A stretch of DNA of 64,000 nt from Acidobacteriota bacterium (lineage in GTDB: Bacteria > Acidobacteriota > UBA6911 > RPQK01 > JAJDTT01), in NCBI GenBank assembly GCA_965263035.1, contig OZ253580.1:2496001-2560000 (forward strand). The letters are read 5' to 3'. Below the pieces are notes generated by a model. It saw only the letters and a program-made list of their open reading frames with translations. It was not told where the DNA came from and made no database searches. The translations under genes were made by a program, and so were the position numbers. How positions within the stretch are numbered: the stretch's first letter is position 1; each line of letters opens with the position of its first letter. Of the stretch, positions 1 to 9,887 are shown piece by piece.

Positions 1-69
1 GCCGTCGGCCAGCCGGTGCGCGTCCAGGTGCGCTTTCGAGATGTCGATGCCTACGGTATGCTGTTTCAT
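1..69 (-). CDS. IS110-family transposase/recombinase, N-terminal 23 aa (runs off window start)
   Basis: Manual translation from ATG at 69: MKQHTVGIDISKAHLDAHRLADG. The GIDxSK motif fits the IS110 RuvC-like DEDD domain start. AGGAG upstream. Not in the ORF track. Confidence 0.85.
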   Translation of the reverse strand, partial: MKQHTVGIDISKAHLDAHRLADG

Positions 70-79
70 CTTTCCGGTC

Positions 80-233
80 TCCTGTGCTTGTCATTCGGGC
101 CTTGATGCCCTTGTATCCATTCAGGACATCGGGAAAGACGGTGGCCGACCTGACTGCTTTTCGGTTCGCAAAAGTCCGCGGCGGTACGGTCCAGCCACCG
201 CCGTCCGGGTCGCTCATGAGCGACCCGGACGGG
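80..233 (-). ncRNA. Putative IS110 bridge RNA (5' hairpin, target-binding loop, donor-binding loop)
   Basis: 5' palindrome at 201-232. Stem GGCGGTGGC/GCCACCGTC encloses ACCGCCGC (178-185) and GAAAAG (157-162). Stems CCTG/CAGG and GGGC/GCCC enclose ATGGATAC (113-120) and GACAAG (87-92). Confidence 0.75.
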
Positions 234-249
234 CCTATTTAAACAGACA

Positions 250-401
250 AGCGGCGGTTTTCTTGCCGCCGATCAGGGGGGAACGGCGGTTTCCAACCGC
301 CGAACTCCTGAGTGACAGTTTGGCGTCTAAGAATGAGCGATTGGAAATCGCCTCTCCGTTCGTCTAAGAATGGGCGATTGGAAATCGCCCCTCCGTTCGT
401 C
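250..401. repeat. REP/REPIN cluster (GGAG-tagged palindromes)
   Basis: gcggcggttttcttgccgccg, gaacggcggtttccaaccgccg and two tandem g(g/a)gcgattggaaatcgcc(c/t)ctcc units. Confidence 0.85.
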
Positions 402-469
402 TTTTTGCAGCCTCTGTTCATGGCTTGCGGAGCAGGTCCCGGCGCCATATGCCACAAGGAGAACCCGAA

Positions 470-661
470 ATGAGCCCGGAACTTATTGGAATCATCGTTG
501 CCTCTATCGCGTTGGGAGGGTTGATGATCTCCCTGTTTGCCCGGCTGCGATCCGACATCAGCCGGCTCCAGGATGGATTCGCTCAGATCCGGCAACCCGT
601 GGCACACATTGAGGGCCTCCTGAAAGGCCTGCGTGACTCCATTGCCGCACGGACAGATTGA
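470..661 (+). CDS. Small N-terminal TM + coiled-coil protein (63 aa)
   Basis: AAGGAGA RBS, then MSPELIGIIVASIALGGLMISLF (TM) and a heptad-like tail ...VAHIEGLL. Similar ORFs at 21081 and 30740. Confidence 0.7.
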   Translation: MSPELIGIIVASIALGGLMISLFARLRSDISRLQDGFAQIRQPVAHIEGLLKGLRDSIAARTD

Positions 662-838
662 GCGATCACGAGTAAGAGGCCACGACTTACCAGACCTGAT
701 CCTCAATAAGCGTGTCCATGGCACTCTGGAGCTGCCGGTTGTAGGTTCCGAACTCCTTATCCTCCGTCGGGGAGTTTAAGAATGGGCGATTGGAAATCGC
801 CCCTCCTATTCCTTCCTCTCCGGTAGACTTGTCTATCC

Positions 839-1789
839 ATGCGCGTCAGTGTCGTGATTCCGACCTACAACCGGTCCCGGATCCTGGGGCGGACGTTGGA
901 GGCGCTGGGCCGGCAGTCGCTGGCGAAGCGTTTCGTGGACGACTCGGGGGTCGGCGTTCCCTACGAGGTGATCGTGGTGGACGACGGGTCCTCGGACGAC
1001 ACGGCCGATCGGGTTCGGGGGATGGCGGGGGGGTATCCGGTCCCGTTGATCTACCTCCACCAGGAGAACCGCAGGCAGGGGGCGGCGCGGAACCTGGGCG
1101 TGCGGCGGGCCCGTGGGGACTGGTTGGTCTTTCTGGGGGACGACACGGTTCCCGAGGCCGATTTCCTGGTGGAGCATCTGCGGGCCCGCGGCGGCGGGGA
1201 AGAGGGAGCGGACCGGGTAGTGGCGATCGGGTACACGCCCTGGGCCCGAGAGTATTGCCCGACCCGGTTCATGAAGTACGTGGGGGAGGAGGGGTGGCAG
1301 TTCGGGTTCTCGCTGATCGAGGACAAATCGTCCGTCCCCTTCAATTTCTTCTACACCAGCAACCTCTCCATCTCCCGGGAGTTCTTCCGGGAGTCGGGTG
1401 GGTTCGACGAGGACTTCGGCGAGTACGGGTGGGAGGACATCGAACTGGGGTGGCGGCTCCACCGGATGGGGATGCGGCTGGTCTACCATCCCCGGGCGGT
1501 GGCCTACCATCACCACCCGACCTCGGTGCGGGCCTTCGTCCGCCGCCAGCGGCGGGTCGGCGCCTCGGCCTGGAACTTCTACCGGAAGCATCCCGAGATG
1601 GCGGACTTTCTCAACGTCGGCCGCCTGCCCCGTTACCGGCTCCGGGACCGGATCCGCATGGAGCTTCTGACCTGGATCTGCGCCTGGACCGAGAGGAGGC
1701 TTTGGCCAGACCTGAGTTCTTTCTATCCCGACCTCATGAGCTACCACTACAATTTGGGGTTGCTTCAAGGCCGGCGGGAGGAACGGTAG
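839..1789 (+). CDS. Glycosyltransferase family 2
   Basis: VSVVIPTYNR, VVDDGSSD, ARNLG, FLGDD, GGFDE..YGWEDIE motifs. Confidence 0.93.
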   Translation: MRVSVVIPTYNRSRILGRTLEALGRQSLAKRFVDDSGVGVPYEVIVVDDGSSDDTADRVRGMAGGYPVPLIYLHQENRRQGAARNLGVRRARGDWLVFLGDDTVPEADFLVEHLRARGGGEEGADRVVAIGYTPWAREYCPTRFMKYVGEEGWQFGFSLIEDKSSVPFNFFYTSNLSISREFFRESGGFDEDFGEYGWEDIELGWRLHRMGMRLVYHPRAVAYHHHPTSVRAFVRRQRRVGASAWNFYRKHPEMADFLNVGRLPRYRLRDRIRMELLTWICAWTERRLWPDLSSFYPDLMSYHYNLGLLQGRREER

Positions 1790-1791
1790 AC

Positions 1792-2862
1792 ATGCCCAGC
1801 ACCCACGATCCCAGGCTGACGGTGATCATCCCCACGTGGAACCGGGCGCGGCTGCTGGAGAGATGCCTCTCGTCGCTGGCCCGGCAACGGGTGAGATGCC
1901 CCGTCCTGGTGGTGGACAACGGCTCCACCGACTCGACCCGGGAGATGCTGGAGACCCGGTTTTCCGGGGTGGAGGTGCTGGCGCTGGAGGAGAACCAGGG
2001 GTTCGCCCGGGCGGTGAATCGGGGCATCCTCCATTGCAGCTCCGATTTCGTGGCGCTCCTGAACAACGACACGGAGGTGGACCCGGGCTGGGTGGAGGCG
2101 GGACTGGCGGCGTTCGACCGGAACCCCTCCTACTGGTTCCTGGCTTCCCGAATGATGGACTACCGGCAGAGGAACCGGATCGACAGCGCCGGAGACGGCT
2201 ACGACCGGACGGGGATGCCCTTCAAGCGGGGCCGGGGCGATCCGTGCGAGCTCCACAGCCGCAGCCGGCCGGTGCTGGGGGCCAGCGCGGGGGCCGCTTT
2301 CTACCGCCGCGACCTGTTCCGGCGCATCGGCCTTTTCGACGAGAAATACTACATGTACCTGGAGGACGTGGAGCTGAGCCTGAGGGCCCAGCTCACCGGA
2401 CATCCCTGCCTCTACGTCCCGGAGGCCGTCGTCTACCATATCGAGGCCGCGTCCGATCCCTCCAGGGAGGACCTGGTAGCAGACCTCCTAGCGCCGGAAG
2501 AGGAGGAACGCCGAATCGTCCGTCCGGTGAAGACGGACGCTGGACTCGGGCCGGTCCAACCCGAGCCGGACATACCTCCGCTACCCGTCTGCTATTCGCC
2601 ATCCCGGGTCTACTGGATCACCCGGAACCGGTGGCAGTTGATGGTGAGCTATCAACTGGGCCGGAACCTGTTCCAGTTGGCCTACGGCTGGGCCCGCAGC
2701 ACGGCGTTCCATGCCGTCAAGGCAGGCTATCTGGGATCGTTCCTGCGAGGCCTCGCGGCGGGGATGGCCCGGACTCCTCACGCTCTAGTCAAACGCTTTC
2801 GAGTGCGGCGGGACCGGGTTCTCAGCGGACGGGAAATATGCCGACTGATGAACGGGTGCTAG
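1792..2862 (+). CDS. Glycosyltransferase family 2
   Basis: True start is MPSTHD within ORF 790..2862. VIIPTWN, VVDNGSTD, NQGFA, LLNND, GLFDE.Y.MYLEDVE motifs. Confidence 0.92.
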   Translation: MPSTHDPRLTVIIPTWNRARLLERCLSSLARQRVRCPVLVVDNGSTDSTREMLETRFSGVEVLALEENQGFARAVNRGILHCSSDFVALLNNDTEVDPGWVEAGLAAFDRNPSYWFLASRMMDYRQRNRIDSAGDGYDRTGMPFKRGRGDPCELHSRSRPVLGASAGAAFYRRDLFRRIGLFDEKYYMYLEDVELSLRAQLTGHPCLYVPEAVVYHIEAASDPSREDLVADLLAPEEEERRIVRPVKTDAGLGPVQPEPDIPPLPVCYSPSRVYWITRNRWQLMVSYQLGRNLFQLAYGWARSTAFHAVKAGYLGSFLRGLAAGMARTPHALVKRFRVRRDRVLSGREICRLMNGC

Positions 2863-3749
2863 CGATCGTCGTCAACTGGAACGGCCGCGAGGTCCTCCCG
2901 GAGACGTTGGACGCGCTGCGCTCGATCCTGCACCAACCCCTCGAGATAGTCGTCGTGGACAACGGATCCACCGACGGTTCCGCCTCTTTGGTACAGGAAC
3001 CGGTGGGTCTGGTGACGCTGGACGATAACCGGGGATACGCCGGTGCCCTCAACGCGGTCCTCCGGCCGGTACTGGAAGGGGATAAAGGCGCCGGCGAGGG
3101 GCCGCCCGACTACTTCCTGCTGCTGAACAACGACATCCTGGCGGAGCCGGCGACGGTTTCCCGGTTGCTGGAACGGGCCCGGGAGAAGGGACCCGGGGTC
3201 TACGGCCCCAAGGTCCTGCTCCAGAACCGTCCCGACCGGCTGGACGCCGCTTGGGGACGAATCACCTGGAGTCACGTCCTTTCCTCCTTCCGGGGCAAGG
3301 GAGCCCGGAACCGGGCGCGGTTCGACCGGGTCCGGCGGGTGCAACTGCTGCTGGGATGCGCGCTGCTGGTCCACCGGCAAGTGTTCCAGGACGTGGGCCT
3401 CTTCGACGAGCGGTTCTTCATGTATCACGAGGAGGTGGACTTCCTCTTCCGGGTGGAACGGCGGGGGTACCCGTCCTATTACTGTCCTGCGGCGCGTGTC
3501 CATCACCGCCGCGCCCACTCCACGCGGGACAAGCCGTTGCAGCGGGTGTTCTGGGTTCGGCGGAACACGGTGCTGTTCTTGCGAAAACACAAAGTCGGCG
3601 CTTGGGGGTGGGGCATTTGGGGCAAGACGCTGGTGTTGAGTCTCGTCTGGAACGTCCTGTTGTTTCGGTGGCAGCGGGTGACGGCGATTTGGCGAGGCGT
3701 CATCGCGGGGATGCGGCAAGAAAGAGGAACCGGAGGGGGGACCTCCTAG
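2838..3749 (+). CDS. Glycosyltransferase family 2
   Basis: Start MPTDERVLAIVVNWNG within ORF 1836..3749. VVDNGSTD, LLNND, GLFDERFFMYHEEVD motifs. Confidence 0.92.
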   Translation: MPTDERVLAIVVNWNGREVLPETLDALRSILHQPLEIVVVDNGSTDGSASLVQEPVGLVTLDDNRGYAGALNAVLRPVLEGDKGAGEGPPDYFLLLNNDILAEPATVSRLLERAREKGPGVYGPKVLLQNRPDRLDAAWGRITWSHVLSSFRGKGARNRARFDRVRRVQLLLGCALLVHRQVFQDVGLFDERFFMYHEEVDFLFRVERRGYPSYYCPAARVHHRRAHSTRDKPLQRVFWVRRNTVLFLRKHKVGAWGWGIWGKTLVLSLVWNVLLFRWQRVTAIWRGVIAGMRQERGTGGGTS

Positions 3750-3867
3750 TCGCCCAGGAGGGACAACTTTCTTGTCGCCTGGTCCGTGCTGCAGAAGAAG
3801 AAGAGGAGGGGGGACTAATCGTCCCCCCTAACCCCCCCTAATCGGCGGCAAGAAAGCCGCCGCTCCC

Positions 3868-3909
3868 AAAAAAGAAAAAAGGGGCAACCGCGTGTGCGGT
3901 TGCCCCTTT
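3868..3909 (-). terminator. Rho-independent terminator of the large surface-protein gene
   Basis: 14-bp stem aaaggggcaaccgc-gtgt-gcggttgccccttt, followed by a T-run on the minus strand. Confidence 0.85.
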
Positions 3910-3933
3910 CGGGTTTGGCTCCGCTGAGGACCG

Positions 3934-6900
3934 TTACTGGACCGGGACCACCGGGAGGGTGGTGAAGATCCGGTTGTTGAAATCCATCTCCAGGGCTACG
4001 CCGGTGAACATGGACCCCGCCGGCGCGGTGCAGTGGACCGAGCCTTCGAAGTCGTCCGTGTTGGCACTCGGGAAGAGCTCGTTGATGAACTCGGAGTTCT
4101 GACCGTTGCCAGGCAGCTCGATCGGGTTCTCGCCCATCGGGTTGCCGCCCTTCATCAACCTGCAGGTCACCGTCGTCATTTCCGCCATAAGGTTGCGGAT
4201 CGCGGCGCCGGTGTTGATGCCGTCCGCCATGCGGCGGGCCGGGAAGATGGCGGCGTTGACGGCTTCGCTGGCTCCCACTCCGGCGACCCCGATGTTGGGG
4301 ATGTCGAAGCGGAGGACTCCGCCGATGGGTCCGTCGGAGACGACTCGCACCGAGCCGATCATGCCGTCGCCCATACCACTGGTGGAGATCGTCATTTCAC
4401 CCATGGGCGGGATCCCGTCCATGACCATCAAGGCCCCGTCGCTGTCGACCTCGACTCCGTCCATCATCGCGTCCACAACCATCGAGGCATCGATCATGTT
4501 GCCCATCTGGTCATAGAAGTAGATGGCCGGTGAGACAGCCGAGCTGGCCACGTTGACGAAGACCAGGTCGGAACTGGTTGCCGTTCCTCCGAAATCGCCG
4601 TTGGCGAAGTGCGCAAAGTTCAGCATCGACTCACCACTATCGGAGCCAGTGTTCAGCGGCACCACCGGGAGGGTCGTGAAGATCCCGTTGGGGGCATCCA
4701 ATTCCAGTGCAACTCCGGCGAACATCCCGCCGTCGGCGGCCGTGCAGCGCACTGATCCCACGAAGTCGGTGGTATTGGAACCCGGGAACATCTCGTGGAT
4801 GAACTCGGAGCTATGGCCGTCTCCAGCCAGCCTGACCATCTTGGTATCCATCACATCGCCGCCCTGCATCAGCATGCAGGTCACCGTCATAGGCTCGGAG
4901 CTGAGATTGCGGATCGCCGCGCCGGTGTTGACTCCACCCGCCATGCGGCGAGCCGGGAAGATGGCGTCGTTGACGGGCTCGCTGGCACCCACGCCGGCCA
5001 CACCGACGAAGGGGATGTCGAAGCGCAGCACGCCGCCCAAGCGGCCGCTGCCGAATACTCTCACCGAGCCGATCACCAGGGCACCTTCGCCGTTGGTCGA
5101 AATTGTCATTTCGCCTCTGCCTGCGATCCCCATGGGAACAGCCAACGAACCGTCGCCGGCCATCTCCAGGCCACCCATCAGATCCACCACCGAATCGGCG
5201 GGAATCATCTCGCCCATCTGGTTGTAGAAGTAGATGGCCGGGGTCACCGTGGAAGTCTCCACGTTCACCAACACGATGTCGGAGGTGATGGTCACCCCAG
5301 TCGATTGGCCGTTGGCAAAGTGGGCGAAGTCGATGCCCTCCATGGGCGTCGCCTCAACCGAGGCGGAGGCGCCAGTACCGATGGCGTTCACCGCTCTCAC
5401 CTCGATTTCATGGCCGATCCCGTTGGTCAGGCCCGTCATGGTGTAGCTGGTGGCACTCGCGCCGCCGGCCACGGCCATCCAGTTGCTCCACTGTCCACCG
5501 TTCATCCGATAGCGCACCTGGTAGCCGGTAATCGCGGACCCGCCATTATCGGCCGGCATCCCCCACATTACCGTGATGGTCTCGCTTTCGACTCTCGCCG
5601 TCAGGCCGGTCGGGGCGCTCGGATCTCGACCAGGCGTCGCGGTGGCTGCGGCCTCCAGACCTTCACTGATGCTGTTCACAGCTCGGACCTGGAATCCATA
5701 TTCCGTGCCGTTGGTAAGGCCGGTGACCGTGAGGCTCGTGGCATTGGGGCCGCCACTGACCGTCGCCCAGGCGCCGTAGGATTCACCGACCGCGCCGTAG
5801 CGGTATTCGTACCGGAGAATCTGCGAGCCGCCGTCATCCGGAGCACCCCAGCTCAGAGCGACTTGCTCATCACCGCCGGTGGCCGTCAGATTCGCCGGCG
5901 CACCCGGAGCGGATTCCGCCAACGTGGCGCTGGCCGTGGTCCCCTCGCCTCCGCCGACGGCGTTCACTGCCCGCACCTCGAAGGTGTAGGAGGTCCCGTT
6001 TTCCAGACCGGTCACCGTGTAACTGGTGGCGCTGGCCCCGCCGGGAATGGTCGTCCATGCAGTGAAACCGCTACCGCTCTCCTGAGAACGGTATTCGTAG
6101 CGGGCGATGGGCGATCCACCGTCGTTCGCCGGCGTGCTCCAACTCAAAGTCACTTGCTGGTTTCCGGCAGTAGCCGTCAGCCTACCAGGCGCATCCGGGG
6201 TGCCCTCCACAGGAATGGTCACGGTCACCGGCGCGGGCTCTACACCCGCGTAGTCCGCGCCGCTCACCGAATGCGTCAGTGTGACCGATTGTACTTCCTC
6301 GCTGCCGGCCTCTTTATCCACCTTCACCGTCACGGTCTGTTCCGAATTCCAGTTCGCCGTCGTGAAGGTCAACGGCGAACCGCTCACCGTCACATCGTCT
6401 CTCGGGCTATTGACCCTGATCGTTACGGCATCCGTTGGCTGGGTATTCAGCCGGAGGCGGTAGGTTCCCGTCCCGCCCGCCCCGATGGTGAGCGATGTCG
6501 GAGCGACTGTCACACCAATCGTGTCGTTATCGCTGAGCGTCACCAGCACGGGCGAAATCGTCAGGGACTGCACCCCGTCCGTATTCGAGTCTATATCTTC
6601 GTATTCGTCGGCGCCGCTCACCTTGTGGGTCAGCGTCACTGGCACGTCTTGGACCGCGTCATCGTCCTCCGACACACTCACCGTCACCGATTGCTCACGG
6701 TTCCAGTTGGTGGTCGAGAACGACACCCGCGACCTGCTCACACTCACGTCGCCGGATGCGCCGGAAATGTCCACATACACCGACGCTGTCGGCGCCTTGG
6801 TCAGCACCATCGAGTAGGAATCATTACCGCCTTCAGTGATCGACAAAGAGGTCGGGTTCACGGCAACATCTGGATTCTCGGCACTCAGGACCTCCACCAT

Positions 6901-9692
6901 GACGGTCTCGTTTTGGCCGGCACCGTAGTCCTGACCCGAGCTGGACACAGAGTTCGTCACATTTGCCGACCCCGATGCGCTGGAAGTCGCATTCACCCTG
7001 ACGGTCCGGGCCGTGAACCAATTGCTGGGGGTGAAGGTCAGCGAACTGGGGCTCACGGTGGTACCTGTGGGCCCGCCGCTAATCGTCACTGTCACATCGT
7101 CGTCCGGTTTCGTATTGAGCACCAAGGTATACGTCCGGCTCGTACCCTGTGGGATCTCCATTTTCGCCGGCTTCACCGTCAGACCCGCCGTGTCGTTATC
7201 GTCAATGGTTACCATCACCCCGCTTGCCGGTACATTGTCATAGCCGCCGCCATTCAGTGCGTGCATTAGGGTTACAGACCCGTCCGTTCCGTTCTCATCC
7301 TCTGCCGCGCGCACCGTCACGTCCTGCGGAATGTTCCAGTTGCGTTGAGTAAAGGTCAGCGTGGTCGGACTGACCACCAGAGACTCGTCTCTTGCGGCAG
7401 CCAAGCCACCCAAGCTCACCGTTACCGAACCCGTGGGCTCGGTCGTCAGCACGACGGTGTAGGACCTCGCTGCCGATCCCTCCATGACCGTCAGTCGGCT
7501 GGGAGTTACGATCACCCTCTTGGGGTCGTTGTCGGTGATTGTGACCGTCACCGTGCCCCCGGTCACGCCGTTGTAGCCACCGCCGCTTGCAGCGTGGTCC
7601 AGTATTACCGCCTCGTCCGGTTCTCCGTCGGCGTCTTGGCCAGCCTTTACCTCCACCGACTGCGGTTCATTCCAGTTGCTGGTGGTGAAAACCAGACGGG
7701 ATGGCTTCACGGTCACATCGCCGGTCGCGCCGCGCACCATGACCGTCACGGTCCCCGTCGGTTGTGCTTCGAGGCTGACCATGTATTCGCCAGTCTTACC
7801 CTCGGTAAGCGGTAAAGAATCGGGAGTTGCGAGGATACCTCGGTTTTCGTCCTCCCGGATCGTGACCGTGACGCTGTCCACTCTCTGGCGGTCGTAGTCG
7901 CCGCCGCGCACCGTGTGGCTCAACGTCACAGGGCTGTCCGGCTCCCCGTCCGGATCTGGGGCGGCACTGACCACCACTGGCTTTTCCTGGTTCCAATCGG
8001 TGGCAGTGAATCTCAACTGTGACGGGCTCACGGTGACGTCGCCCGACGCGCCACTGATCGTCACCGTCACATTGCCATCACGATCGCCAACAGGCTGGGA
8101 CTTCAGCGAGATAGTGTAGGTTGCGTCTGCGCCTTCCTCGACTTCAAGCGACGTCGAGGAAACATTGACGCCCCGCGGATCGTTATCGCTGACCGTCACC
8201 CGCAACATGCCGTTGGCCAGGATCAATCCGGTATCCGTGGTTTGCCTATGCGTCAACATCGCGGTTTCCGAGACGGCATCATTGTCCTCGTCCACGGACA
8301 CCGTCACTGGCTGCGCGTCGTTCCAGTCATCCGTCGTAAAGGCCAAAGTTTCTGGTTTGACTGTCACGTCCGCATTCGAGGAGGCCATCGCCACCGTCAG
8401 AGGATCCGTTGGATCACCAGCCAGTCTCACGGTGTACGTCCTGGTCGCGCCCTCGTTGATGCTCAACGAACTTGGACTGAGCCTGACACCAGTCGGGGCA
8501 CTTGAGACAGAAACGTTGACTGACTGAATAGTCACACCGTCGTAGGCCTGGTCCCTGCTGCTGGACGAATCGTCCACTGTATGGGTCACATCTACAGACC
8601 CCGACGCATCCGATTGCGTACGAACCGTCACCGTCCGCGGGTCGTCCCAGTTGCTCGTCGAGAAACTCAGGCGGGTCGGGCTCACCGTCACGCCTTCAAG
8701 ATCCGTATCTTCGGCCACTGTAATGGCCACCGTGCGGGTCGGCCGAGTATCGAGCATTACCGTGTATGTGGCGTTTGCGCCCGCCGCAATACTCAGCAAC
8801 CTGGTACTCACGGAAACTCCCCAGGTGTCGTTGTCGGTGACCGTCACCGACACTGTGCCAGGTGTGGGGCTCACAGCCACTCCGGTGTAGTCGCCACCTC
8901 GGACCGTGTGCGTCAGGATCGCTTCGTCGGTCTCCGCGTCGAAATCCTCGCCCGCAAACACGGTCACCGGCTGCTCCATCTCGTAGTTTTCCGCGGTGAA
9001 GAACAACCGGGACGGACTCACCGTGATCTCGCCTGAAGCGCCACCGATGTCCACGGTCACCGTTCCCGTTGGTTCCGTCCCCAGCACCACCATGTAGGAA
9101 CCAGTCTCCTCGGCTTCCCTGAAGGTCAAGGAAGTCTCACTCAAGGTTACGCTTCGGGTGTCATCATCCTTGACCGTCACCCTCACTGACACGTTGCTTA
9201 CGGCCACGGCATCATCATCGTCGCCATGGTCGCCGTGTGCGTGAGCGTCATTGTCTCCGAGACTGCGTCAGCATCCTCCTCCGTACTCACTGTCACCGTC
9301 CGCGAGTCGTCCCAGTTGCCATCGTCTTGATCTGGCGCCGAGTCTGCCGTGAAGGTGAATACGAGCGTCCCGTCCGTTGTATCAGCACCTGGGGAATCGG
9401 AGTCCACCGTAACGTCCGCGGCGGCGGTAGGCGCTCCCACCACCGTAATTTTCACATCCTCGGACGGTTCTGTGTTCAACTCAATCGTGTAGTTGCCATT
9501 TTCGCCTTCGTCGATTTCCAGCGTCCTGGGATCCACGGTCACGGCCAGGCTGCCCTGGGCGAAGGCCAGTTGCGGCGCCGCCAGAAACATCACGGCCAAG
9601 AGGGGGAGAAATCCCCTGCCCAGGTGGTAGAAGTAACGTTTCCTGGAACCGTCACAGAACGATATGGATTGACCAGCATCACGTCTCAGCAT
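3934..9692 (-). CDS. Giant secreted surface protein (~1919 aa): signal peptide, 10 Calx-beta/cadherin-like Ig repeats, 3 fibronectin type III domains, 2 tandem C-terminal beta-sandwich domains; 1-nt frameshift near 9225
   Basis: ORFs 9198..9776 and 3934..9207 join if one base is added at ACC ATG G(G)C GAC. GGGAGG RBS before ATG 9692. Repeats of V.VSP.SL...EG...YTV.L...LTFT..NW and Fn3 motif L.W..P..DGGS.I..Y.YR. Confidence 0.85.
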
Positions 9693-9887
9693 GGGTTTCC
9701 TCCCAATTCGGCGAACTGGCTGCGAATTCTGGAAATAGCACAGCAGATGCTCTTGGCACAATTCGGGCAGCTTCACTGATCAAAAATAGAACAACGCCTC
9801 TGACACGACACTCTCCAGTCGATAAGCTGCGTGTGCCTGAGAGTTTTCCGCACATTATAAATACAGTCTTGCAGACCTTACCTCCAA

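Larger units (their letters stand above)
1..251 (-). mobile_element. IS110-family insertion sequence, left end, inserted in a REP
   Basis: Transposase start plus ~180-nt non-coding end. Minus-strand junction reads ACCGCCG-CT-TGTC, with the REP truncated exactly at the CT (250-251). TTAAAT -10-like hexamer at 237-242. Confidence 0.8.

Noticed and set aside
790-1791. N-terminal extensions of ORFs 790..2862 and 1836..3749
   Set aside because: They overlap upstream GT2 genes in other frames; real starts are 1792 and 2838.
9745-9775. GCATCT upstream of the giant surface protein as another ECF promoter
   Set aside because: No GCRAC-like -35 at the 12-nt spacing.
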